Source of the DNA: Candidatus Tectimicrobiota bacterium
Lineage (GTDB): Bacteria > JACPUC01
Assembly: GCA_016192455.1 (NCBI GenBank)
Contig: JACPUC010000001.1
Location: forward strand, 124,001 to 188,000
Direction: 5' to 3'
DNA: 64,000 bases
The notes under the pieces were generated by a model. That model saw only the letters and a program-made list of their open reading frames with translations. It had not been told where the DNA came from and did not search any database. Position 1 is the first letter of the stretch; every line of letters begins with the position of its first letter. Both the position numbers and the translations under genes were made by a program. Below, in pieces: positions 12,788-20,800 of the stretch.

Positions 12788-13015
12788 ATGGGTGAAGGAA
12801 AGGTCTTGATCTTCGGGAAGGACACGTGACCCTACACGACGGATGCCCGTGAGGACTATTCCAAGCGAAAGGTTGCATTCACGTACGTCAATGTGAAGAA
12901 GAACCCCGATGACCTTGAGCGCATGCTCGACTACTCGGGGGGAAGCCGCGAAATCCCGGTGATCGTCGAGGACGGCAAGGTCACCATCGGCTTCGGCGGC
13001 TCGTGAGAGGTGTAG
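12788..13015 (+). CDS. UXX-star family glutaredoxin-like selenoprotein, 75 aa, two Sec (TGA 12827-12829 and 13004-13006)
   Basis: AGGAG RBS. Translation: MGEGKVLIFGKDT-U-PYTTDAREDYSKRKVAFTYVNVKKNPDDLERMLDYSGGSREIPVIVEDGKVTIGFGGS-U-EV-stop. Glutaredoxin/NrdH-like features (UPYT active site, IPVIV cis-Pro loop) continue through the first TGA. Confidence 0.88.
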
Positions 13016-13017
13016 CG

Positions 13018-13033
13018 GCGGGCAGGTGCCCGC
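13018..13033 (+). promoter_or_regulatory. SECIS-like hairpin for the second UGA of the UXX-star gene
   Basis: GCGGGC-AGGT-GCCCGC begins 11 nt after TGA 13004-13006. Confidence 0.7.
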
Positions 13034-13181
13034 ATGCCGCCGCGGCGGTCCCGCCGGTGAGCTGGACCGGCGAGGGCGCGGGCGTTCGCTGCCGAAGGAT
13101 GGCGCGGCTGCGCCTCGCGCGCCGCACCGTGGTCGAGAGCGCAGCGGTGGGCCGCTCGTGGGGTCCACCACGAGAAGAGCG

Positions 13182-14108
13182 ATGCCGACGCCTTGCTACC
13201 TGCGCACGTACAAGGAGGGCGGCTTCGCCGCCAAGCTGGCGCGCGCCTACGAGCTGCTGGCGCCTTGCGTCGCCTGTCCCCGGCGCTGCCAGGTGGACCG
13301 CCTCCATGACCAGCGCTCGGTCTGCCGGACAGGACGCTGGGCCAAGGTCGACTGCGCCTTCCCGCACCACGGCGAGGAGGACTGCCTGCGCGGCTGGAAC
13401 GGCTCCGGCACGATCTTCTTCAGCTTCTGCAACCTGCGCTGCGTCTTCTGCCAGAACTTCTCCATCAGTCAGCTTGGCTCCGGCACGGAGCGCACCCCCG
13501 CGGAGCTGGCGCGCATGATGCTCCGCCTCCAGGAGCACGGCTGCCACAACATCAACTTCGTCACCCCCGAGCACGTCGTGCCGCAGATCGTCGAGGCCCT
13601 GCCCCTGGCAATCGAGCAGGGGCTGCGCCTTCCCCTGGTCTACAACACCTCTGCCTACGACGACCTGGAGAGCTTGCGCCTGATGGAGGGGGTTATCGAC
13701 ATCTACATGCCGGACTTCAAGGTTTGGGATGCCGAAACGGCGCGCCGGCTCTTGAAGGCGCGCGACTACCCGGAGGTGGCGCGGGCGGCAATCAAGGAGA
13801 TGCACCGCCAGGTCGGCGACCTGCGGATCAGCGACGAGGGGCTGGCGACGCGGGGCGTGCTGGTGCGGCACCTCGTCATGCCGAACGACCTGGCCGGCAC
13901 GCGCCAGATCATGCGCTTCCTGGCGCGGGAGGTCTCTCCCGACAGCTACGTGAACGTCATGGGGCAGTACCGTCCCGCCTGGAAAGCCGCAAGGTACCCG
14001 GAGATCAACTGCCCCACCCTTCCCGAAGAGACGCAACGCGCGCTCGACATCGCGGAGGAGGAGGGCATCAGCCGCGTCGACCAGCGCCTGTGCCGGCTCC
14101 GGTATTGA
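13182..14108 (+). CDS. PflX-like radical SAM protein (putative activating-enzyme family)
   Basis: CVACPRRCQVDR, HHGEE, GSGTIFFSFCNLRCVFCQN, DIYMPDFK, VRHLVMP, MGQYRP. Confidence 0.88.
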   Translation: MPTPCYLRTYKEGGFAAKLARAYELLAPCVACPRRCQVDRLHDQRSVCRTGRWAKVDCAFPHHGEEDCLRGWNGSGTIFFSFCNLRCVFCQNFSISQLGSGTERTPAELARMMLRLQEHGCHNINFVTPEHVVPQIVEALPLAIEQGLRLPLVYNTSAYDDLESLRLMEGVIDIYMPDFKVWDAETARRLLKARDYPEVARAAIKEMHRQVGDLRISDEGLATRGVLVRHLVMPNDLAGTRQIMRFLAREVSPDSYVNVMGQYRPAWKAARYPEINCPTLPEETQRALDIAEEEGISRVDQRLCRLRY

Positions 14109-14369
14109 AAGGTCCCCGGCGCTCGTGGTTGGCTGCGAGGCGTGGGCAGCCTGCCGTGTCGAGCCAGCAGGGTGCGGCGAGGGGATACAGGCCGAGGCTC
14201 AGCGCTGCCACCTGGTGCAACTCAGGGGTCGGGCCACGCCGCCGCCCGGGCGCGGCGAGGCGTGGTGCGTTTTGCTTGACTGGGGGACGCTGGTGCAGGT
14301 ATGAGAGGGTGAATGGAACATCGTAGTCTGACAACCTCACTCGTGAGGTAGCAGGAGAGGACGAGCGTC

Positions 14370-14750
14370 ATGGCGCGGAGAACACGGGTAGTAAAGCGGC
14401 GGAGAGGCTTTACGGCGCAGAAGGCTCTCCTGATCCTCCTCTTCACGGCTGCCCTTGCGGTGCTAGCCTACGTAGCCACCGCGATGCGCGATCAGGGTGG
14501 CTCGCTTCTCGACGGGATCGTCGAGAACCGCATCAAGGCCGAAGCGCGGAGCAAGCTCGAGCAGTTGGCCCCCGGCGTCAAAGTGGATGACGCGAAGGTG
14601 CAGAAAGCGGTGCAGGAGTTCATGAAGAGCGGCAAGGCGCCGGCGAATATCCCCAGCGGCGTCTCGCAAGCCGATGCGAAGCGCGCGGTTGGGGAAGGGA
14701 AGGTGTCGAAGGAGGACGTTGAGCGCGTGAAGAAGCAGCTTGGCCGCTAG
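14370..14750 (+). CDS. Small membrane-anchored hypothetical protein
   Basis: GGAGAGG RBS, basic N-terminus followed by one hydrophobic helix, host-like codon usage. Confidence 0.7.
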   Translation: MARRTRVVKRRRGFTAQKALLILLFTAALAVLAYVATAMRDQGGSLLDGIVENRIKAEARSKLEQLAPGVKVDDAKVQKAVQEFMKSGKAPANIPSGVSQADAKRAVGEGKVSKEDVERVKKQLGR

Positions 14751-14848
14751 CCTCGCTGGCACCGCCCCGCCGCGCGGTCAGACGCCCCAGGGTGCGGAGC
14801 GGGGTGATCCCTTTGAGTGAACTTAGGGAATACTAATGCGTTGAGGTC

Positions 14849-14910
14849 GCCTAACAACGGCATGCAGCGGACGCAGCTTCGCGCTGCCGTTGATACGGAA
14901 ACCGTTAGAC
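14849..14910 (+). mobile_element. Integron attC site (62 bp)
   Basis: GCCTAAC (RYYYAAC) ... GTTAGAC (GTTRRRY); L-boxes AT(G)CAGCG/CGTTGAT with an extrahelical G; central GCAGC/GCTGC stem. Confidence 0.85.
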
Positions 14911-14929
14911 CGCAGAGGAAAAATGATTC

Positions 14930-16195
14930 ATGGTGAGTTACCGCTATCAAGAGGTCTTCGTTCCTGGCGGTTTCCCACAATTGACGTACAACCCTCGACG
15001 TAATCTTAATCTGGAGGCTCGGCTTGCTGAAGCAAAAATGAACCTGTGCAAGCTCGTGACAATCACCGGCCAGACGAAGTCAGGTAAGACGGTCCTGGCA
15101 AGAAGAGTGCTGCCACCGGAAGATTCCATATGGATTGATGGTGGCACAATCGGACATGAGGACGATTTCTGGCAAGTTCTTATCGAATGTCTGGAGTTGT
15201 TTCAGTCGACCAGGGAGTCCAGCTCGAAGGAGACAACCAGCACCATCGGCGCAAAGGGCACTGCAGAGGCTAACTTCCTCATTGCGAAGGGTTCCGGGGA
15301 GGTGGGCGCGAAGATGGCTCGGGCTCGGGGAAAAGAGATTACGACATCGCGGACCCTCTCCTCTCGCGTCGTTGGGTTGGGAGGCCTACGCGAGTCAGGC
15401 ACACCTCTCGTAATCGACGATTTCCATTATCTCCCTCGCGACCTGCAAGGAAGCGTTGTCCGTGCGCTTAAACCCTTAGTGTTCGACGGCCTTCCAGTCG
15501 TGATCATTGCGATCCCCCACCGCCGCTACGACGCCATCAAAGTTGAAAAAGAAATGACAGGTCGGATACTTCCGGTTGAGATACCAGTCTGGTCGGAGAC
15601 GGAGTTGCGTTTCATTCCCGAGACAGGGTTTGAGTTATTGGACCTCAAGCTTCCTGATAAACAGATAGATCGGCTTACAGTAGAAAGCATCGGGAGCCCG
15701 CACTTGATGCAGGATTTCTGCCGGAATCTATGTCGCTGTATGGATCTTTTGGAACCGACCGAGCAAAGGCATTCAACAATCAATGACGCTCAGATAGACC
15801 AAGTGTTTCGGGACGTTTCCGAAACTATTGGCCGACCAATTTTCGAGAAGCTAGCCCGCGGTCCTCGACAACGTACTGACCGAGTGCCACGTGAACTCAA
15901 GGATGGCCGCAAAGTTGATATTTACGAATTGGTTCTACACGGCCTTGCACATCTTCGACCCGGACTGGTCAGTATCGAGTACGAGGATCTTCGTGCCGCC
16001 ATTCGAGATGTGTCGGCGTCTCAGATTCCTCAGTTGCACGAGATTTCCCGCGTTCTCGGGCATATGGCTACAATCGCGGCGAGCGATCAGAGTTCAACTC
16101 CTGTCATTGATTTCGAGGAAGAGGAGAAGAAGCTTCACATTACCGATCCGTTTTTCGCCTTCTATTTGAGGTGGGGTGAGCTCGCTGCAGTCTAA
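14930..16195 (+). CDS. Uncharacterised P-loop ATPase (AAA+/STAND-like) carried as an integron cassette
   Basis: Walker A GQTKSGKT, Walker B PLVIDDFH, GSPHLMQ motif, possible C-terminal winged helix (HITDPFFAFYLRW); lower GC than flanks. Confidence 0.85.
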   Translation: MVSYRYQEVFVPGGFPQLTYNPRRNLNLEARLAEAKMNLCKLVTITGQTKSGKTVLARRVLPPEDSIWIDGGTIGHEDDFWQVLIECLELFQSTRESSSKETTSTIGAKGTAEANFLIAKGSGEVGAKMARARGKEITTSRTLSSRVVGLGGLRESGTPLVIDDFHYLPRDLQGSVVRALKPLVFDGLPVVIIAIPHRRYDAIKVEKEMTGRILPVEIPVWSETELRFIPETGFELLDLKLPDKQIDRLTVESIGSPHLMQDFCRNLCRCMDLLEPTEQRHSTINDAQIDQVFRDVSETIGRPIFEKLARGPRQRTDRVPRELKDGRKVDIYELVLHGLAHLRPGLVSIEYEDLRAAIRDVSASQIPQLHEISRVLGHMATIAASDQSSTPVIDFEEEEKKLHITDPFFAFYLRWGELAAV

Positions 16196-16261
16196 CAAGT
16201 GTTCCCAGCCTTCGGCGACTAGGCGTAAATCAGCCGCCTCAATGAGACCTGGCCGTTAGCT
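16190..16261 (+). mobile_element. Second, more degenerate attC site (72 bp)
   Basis: GTCTAAC overlaps the ATPase TAA stop and is the exact complement of the upstream GTTAGAC; the site ends GTTAGCT. Confidence 0.65.
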
Positions 16262-16388
16262 AGACTATTTTGCTTTCTGGCAATGACCCCCTCCCTTGAT
16301 ACTCGCGCAGCATCCCCTTACAAACCAAGCTCACGATGACCCATTTTGCGTCCGACCGGGGCCTTAACGTTATTGCCCCCCAGGAACG

Positions 16389-17810
16389 TCAGAAACGCCG
16401 GCTGATGACGATCGCCAGGTTCTCCTCTCCCACGCTGGCGGCGACCTCGCCTTCCATGTCGCCGGGCTGCGGGGGTCCCGCCATGCCATCGGCGTCCAGC
16501 CGCGCGATCACCCGCACCTTGCCTTGCAATGCGGCAGTGTGCAGCATGGCATCCGCTCCCGTGAAGAGGAAGCGCAGGGGGAGCTTCGGGGCGTCGATGC
16601 GCTTCACCGCCAGCGGCGGACCGCCCGCCTCGCCGCGCACAATGATGTAGAGCACCTCGCTGCCGCGCACCTGGGCGCGCAGTTCCGGCGCCACGCTGAT
16701 CTCGCCGCCGAGCTTGCCGCCCTCCTCCTTCTCGCCACCCGGCTGCATGCCCGCCAGCCCCTGAGCAGGCGACGCCGCCCCCGGCACCTCGTCCGGCCAC
16801 GGCGGCGCCATCCCCCCCGCCGCCGGCGGCATTCCGGGAGCAGTCGGGGAAGGGGCGGCGAGCGGCGGCATGGCTCCGCTCTCCCCTTCCGAGACCAGCT
16901 CGTTGATGGTGATCGTCACCTGCTGGTCGCCGACGGTCGCTTTCGCGCGCCCCTCCATATCACCCGGCTGGCGAGGGCCGGCGCGCCCATCGGCATCGAC
17001 CCTGGCAAGGAGCTCCATCTCCCCCTCGAAGGGGAGAGTGGCGATCATGCGGTCCGCTTCGCCGAGGCTGAAGGGAAGGGGGAACGAGGAGGCCGCCAGG
17101 CGCTTCACGGCCAGGGGTGGACCCGGCGTGCCGCGGCGGGCGATGAGGAAGACGACCTCGCCGCCGCGCAGGCGCTGCGCAAGTTCCGGCGCGACGGTGA
17201 TGACGCCGCGGATGGTGCGGGGCTCGCTCGCCGGCGCTGCCGCGGCTCCCCGCTGGGCTTCGTAGCCGGCCTGCGCCTCCGCCGGACGCTGCGCTTCCAG
17301 CGCCGGGGCGGCGGGCCTCGCCGCGGCCAACGGCGGCGCGGTCGGCTCACCCCCCGCCGGTTGCGTCAGCAGCCGGTTGATCGCGAAGTTGACGTTCTTC
17401 GCCCCGATCGTCACCGGATTACCTGGGTAAGCCCCTTCCATATCCCCAGCTTGAGGTGAGCCCATCATGCCGTCGAGGTCGAGGCGCGCGCTCACGTTCA
17501 CCTGCCCCGTAAACGTGGCGGAGGGAACGAGCTTGTCGGCCTCGGTCAGGTAGTAGCGCAAGGGAAACTCGACCGCGCGCAGCCGCTGCAGGGCCACCGG
17601 CGGCCCACCTCCCGGCGAGGCGGCGATGACGAAGAGAACCTCGTTCCCCCGCAGCCTGCCGGCCAGCTCCGGCGTGATGCTGATCTCGCCGCTGATCGAG
17701 GGCCCGCCGCCGCTGCAGCCGCCAAGGAGGGCTCCGAGGGCAGCGGCGACGAGGAGCGCGGCGGATCGTAGGGTGGCAAGCCAGGGGCGTCGCTGCATGG
17801 AAAACCTCAT
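16389..17810 (-). CDS. Lipoprotein with three tandem CcmI/CycH C-terminal-like Ig domains
   Basis: Lipobox LLGGC; three copies of GxIxVxPEL...VLF/YIIxR...GPPLAVKR...FPL...ARLDxDG...PGDMEG separated by Pro/Ala linkers. Confidence 0.75.
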   Translation of the reverse strand: MRFSMQRRPWLATLRSAALLVAAALGALLGGCSGGGPSISGEISITPELAGRLRGNEVLFVIAASPGGGPPVALQRLRAVEFPLRYYLTEADKLVPSATFTGQVNVSARLDLDGMMGSPQAGDMEGAYPGNPVTIGAKNVNFAINRLLTQPAGGEPTAPPLAAARPAAPALEAQRPAEAQAGYEAQRGAAAAPASEPRTIRGVITVAPELAQRLRGGEVVFLIARRGTPGPPLAVKRLAASSFPLPFSLGEADRMIATLPFEGEMELLARVDADGRAGPRQPGDMEGRAKATVGDQQVTITINELVSEGESGAMPPLAAPSPTAPGMPPAAGGMAPPWPDEVPGAASPAQGLAGMQPGGEKEEGGKLGGEISVAPELRAQVRGSEVLYIIVRGEAGGPPLAVKRIDAPKLPLRFLFTGADAMLHTAALQGKVRVIARLDADGMAGPPQPGDMEGEVAASVGEENLAIVISRRF

Positions 17811-18001
17811 CGGAGCGACCGAGATAGGATTTGGGTTTGCGGCGCGCGGTGGTGGGCGCCGACCGCCGGCGGAGCGAGCCTTGGCGCCTTCCTGGTCAGG
17901 CTCCCAGGGCCGAAGTATAATAGAGGCGGCTGAAGAAAACCAGCGCGCACCCCGCCGCGGCGTCATGACCCAGGCAGCCGCCCATCCGTACGAGGACTGT
18001 T

Positions 18002-19249
18002 ATGGTTCCCGACACCCGCCACGATCTGCCCGAGCAGACCGAGGAGAGCCTTGATCAGCCGCTGCTGGAGGGGATTCGTATCCTCGATCTGTCGCGCATG
18101 CTGGCCGGACCCTACGGTTCTCTTCTCCTCGCCGACATGGGGGCCGAGGTCCTGAAGATCGAAGACCCCGGCGTCGGCGACAAGACCCGCACGGGATTCC
18201 CCCTCCTCTATGAAGGGGAGAGCATCTACTTCCTCAGCTTGAACCGGAACAAAAAGAGCCTGACGCTGAACATGAAAGATGCGCGCGGCCGCGACCTCTT
18301 CGCCCAGCTCGTGAAGCAGGCCGATGTCGTCTACGACAACATGCGTCCCGATGCCTTGAAACGCCTGGGGGCGGACTACGAGACGCTGCGTCAGCTCAAC
18401 CCGCGCATCATCTCCTGCTCGGTGACCGGCTTCGGCCACACCGGCCCCTACCGCGACCATCCGGCTTTCGATCTCATCGTCCAGGGGATGGGCGGCGCCA
18501 TGAGTTATACCGGCCCCATCGACGGCGAGCCGGTGAAGATGGGCCTGCCGATGGGCGACCTGGCGGCCGGCATGTTCGGCGCCCTGGCGGTGTGCGCCGC
18601 GCTCTTCCGCCGCGAACGCAGCGGCTACGGGCAGCGCATCGACATCTCGATGCTCGACGGCCAGATGTCGCTGCACACCTACATCGGCGGAAGCTGGTTG
18701 CTGGCGCAGGACATCGCCCGCCCCTTCGGCTCGGCGCACCAGTACATGGTGCCCTACCAGGCGTTCAAGACCGCCGACAGCTACATCGTCGTCGTCACCT
18801 CCGTCGAGGAGCGTTTCTGGGCCAACTTCTGCCGGGCCGTGGGCCTCGAGGAGCTGGCGGAGGAGCCGCGCTTCCTCACCAACCAGCAGCGCGGCGCGCA
18901 CCGGGATGAGCTGATCCCCCTGCTCGAAGAGCGGTTCCTCGCGAAGACCTCCGAGGAGTGGCTGGCGCGCCTGAACGAGGCGGACGTGCCGTGCGGCCCC
19001 GTGAACACCATCGACCGCGCCTTCCAGGAGCCGCAGGTGCTGGCGCGCAACATGGTGGTGGACGTGCCGCACCCGCGCTCCGGCACCGTGATGAAGGTGA
19101 TCGGCAACCCGATCAAGGTATCGGCCCAGAAGACGGAGCGCTTCGTCTGCGCGCCCTCTCTCGGCGAGCATACCGAATCGATCCTCACCTCGCTCCTCGG
19201 CTATTCCGCCGAGCAGGTCGCCGCCTTGCGGCGGGAAGGGGTCGTCTGA
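18002..19249 (+). CDS. Family III CoA-transferase (CaiB/BaiF)
   Basis: ILDLSRMLAGP, LADMGAEVLKIE, LNRNKKS, GFGHTGPY, catalytic D in PMGDL. Confidence 0.95.
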   Translation: MVPDTRHDLPEQTEESLDQPLLEGIRILDLSRMLAGPYGSLLLADMGAEVLKIEDPGVGDKTRTGFPLLYEGESIYFLSLNRNKKSLTLNMKDARGRDLFAQLVKQADVVYDNMRPDALKRLGADYETLRQLNPRIISCSVTGFGHTGPYRDHPAFDLIVQGMGGAMSYTGPIDGEPVKMGLPMGDLAAGMFGALAVCAALFRRERSGYGQRIDISMLDGQMSLHTYIGGSWLLAQDIARPFGSAHQYMVPYQAFKTADSYIVVVTSVEERFWANFCRAVGLEELAEEPRFLTNQQRGAHRDELIPLLEERFLAKTSEEWLARLNEADVPCGPVNTIDRAFQEPQVLARNMVVDVPHPRSGTVMKVIGNPIKVSAQKTERFVCAPSLGEHTESILTSLLGYSAEQVAALRREGVV

Positions 19250-19371
19250 GGCGGCGGCGGGTGGGCGGACGGGGAGGCTTGCCCGGTTACGCGAGCGGGG
19301 TGCTACGTGTCGGCGCCCTAGCGCAGAGGTGGTGAGCGAGCCCCCATGTCCATGCGCAAGAGAGGGAACCT

Positions 19372-19617
19372 GTGAAGACCTACACGTTCAAAGTCGTCCT
19401 CGAATCTGACGGGGAGGGCTGGCATGTACGGTGCCCGGCTCTCGACCACTACGGTGCCGCCACCTGGGGCGAGACGAAAGAACAGGCGCTCGATCACATC
19501 CAGGAAGTCATTGAACTGATCCTGGAGGAACTTCGCGAAGAGGGACTGCCGATTCCAGATGGCCAGGCCGAGGAGGTGGCGGTTTCTGAAGAGCCGTCGG
19601 TGACCGTCACCCTATGA
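19372..19617 (+). CDS. hicB: HicB family antitoxin (short form, no DNA-binding domain)
   Basis: CPAL...ATWGETKEQALDHIQEVIELILEEL...GLPIP; ATGA overlap with hicA. Confidence 0.9.
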   Translation: MKTYTFKVVLESDGEGWHVRCPALDHYGAATWGETKEQALDHIQEVIELILEELREEGLPIPDGQAEEVAVSEEPSVTVTL

Positions 19618-19923
19618 CTGACTACGCGCGCCTTCGCACCCTTACGGCGCGGCAGCTCATCGGGGCGCTCACGCAAGACGGCTTTCGGTTTGTGCGGCAG
19701 AGGGGCAGCCACCACCGCTATCGGCACCCGGATGGGAGAAGGGTCACCGTCCCCTTCACGCGCAGGGGAGAAACGCGTGTGGCGTCTCTCCCTCGTTACC
19801 GCTCCCACCGTCCCCTTCACGCGCAGGGGAGAAACTTTCGCCCCGAAAACACTCCGCCACATCATCGAAAGCCAGGCACGCTGGACGGAAGAAGACCTCG
19901 CGCGCCTTGGCCTTGCTCCATAG
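19614..19923 (+). pseudogene. hicA: HicA toxin gene frameshifted by a 61-bp insertion
   Basis: GFRFVRQRGSHHRYRHPDGRRVTVP lies in one frame and ETFAPKTLRHIIESQARWT in another; removing one repeat plus spacer restores an 82-aa HicA. Confidence 0.9.
19745..19835 (+). repeat. 30-bp direct repeat x2 around a 31-bp unique spacer (CRISPR-like unit)
   Basis: CACCGTCCCCTTCACGCGCAGGGGAGAAAC at 19745-19774 and 19806-19835, identical copies. Confidence 0.95.
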
Positions 19924-19959
19924 CGAAGCAGGTACGCAAAGCGGTCAAAAGGGCAAAAC

Positions 19960-20583
19960 ATGGCCGAGATGCCGAACATATCACCTGATGAATTCAAGCG
20001 AGGGTACCTGGCTTTCCAGAAACACGTACACAGACCCTCCTGGTATAAGACGGCGACGGTCCTGGTTCGGCACTCTTGGGGCGATCCGAGAGAGATGGCA
20101 GATGGAATAGCCGTACTGCTTCTGACCTGGAACAAACGCTTTTATAAGTACGGGTCCTTCGACTTTGACCGATTAGAGGAGGCCCTGCGAAGGAACATGG
20201 GCGTGATCGAGGGGCTCCGGGCGCGCCACATTCAATCGCTTGTGGTGGCTGATGAACCCATCATCAGGCAGCTTTTCCTGGATTTCCTCGAGGCGCTGCG
20301 AATCAAGGAAGGGAAGAAGACGAAGGATCGCCCGATGGTCGCCGTGGCGAAGGCTCTACACCTTCTTGCACCGGACTTTCTCCCCATATGGGATCGCAAG
20401 ATTGCCAGAGCCTACACTGGCTCCTACTACTCCAATCCCGACCACAAGTACGTGGCCTTCGCCTACAAGATGCAGCACCTCGCGCGACAACTCCACGAGC
20501 ATGTCCCGCCGAACGGCGGGCGGACGTTCTTGAAACTGATCGACGAGTACAATTACTCCAGGTACACGAAGCGTTGGATTTAA
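19960..20583 (+). CDS. Hypothetical protein, possible HhH-type DNA glycosylase-like fold
   Basis: Lower-GC ORF with LLTWN and AVAKALHLLAPDFLPIWD motifs; fold assignment is inference. Confidence 0.6.
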   Translation: MAEMPNISPDEFKRGYLAFQKHVHRPSWYKTATVLVRHSWGDPREMADGIAVLLLTWNKRFYKYGSFDFDRLEEALRRNMGVIEGLRARHIQSLVVADEPIIRQLFLDFLEALRIKEGKKTKDRPMVAVAKALHLLAPDFLPIWDRKIARAYTGSYYSNPDHKYVAFAYKMQHLARQLHEHVPPNGGRTFLKLIDEYNYSRYTKRWI

Positions 20584-20800
20584 CTGATGCAGAGGACTTC
20601 GCAGGAACCGAAGAGCTGGCTTTCGGCGGCACTGGCTTTGCTGGTCCACGCCGCGCGATTCAATCCTGGCGACACCGTTGCGCCGCCGATGGCCATTCAC
20701 CTGGATCCTTGATGCTCAGCAGGTTCAGGAATTCTTCAAGGGACGGGACGATTCCTGAATGCATGAAGCGCCCAGGATAACCGTTTCACGAGGCCGCCGC

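Noticed and set aside
19745-19835. A bona fide CRISPR array
   Set aside because: Only two repeats, no AT-rich leader or cas genes, and the repeat is hicA coding sequence; reported instead as a possible off-target integration.
20577-20685. attC site after the 207-aa orphan (ATTTAAC overlapping its stop)
   Set aside because: No convincing L-box pairing or matching GTTRRRY, and no core site before the gene.
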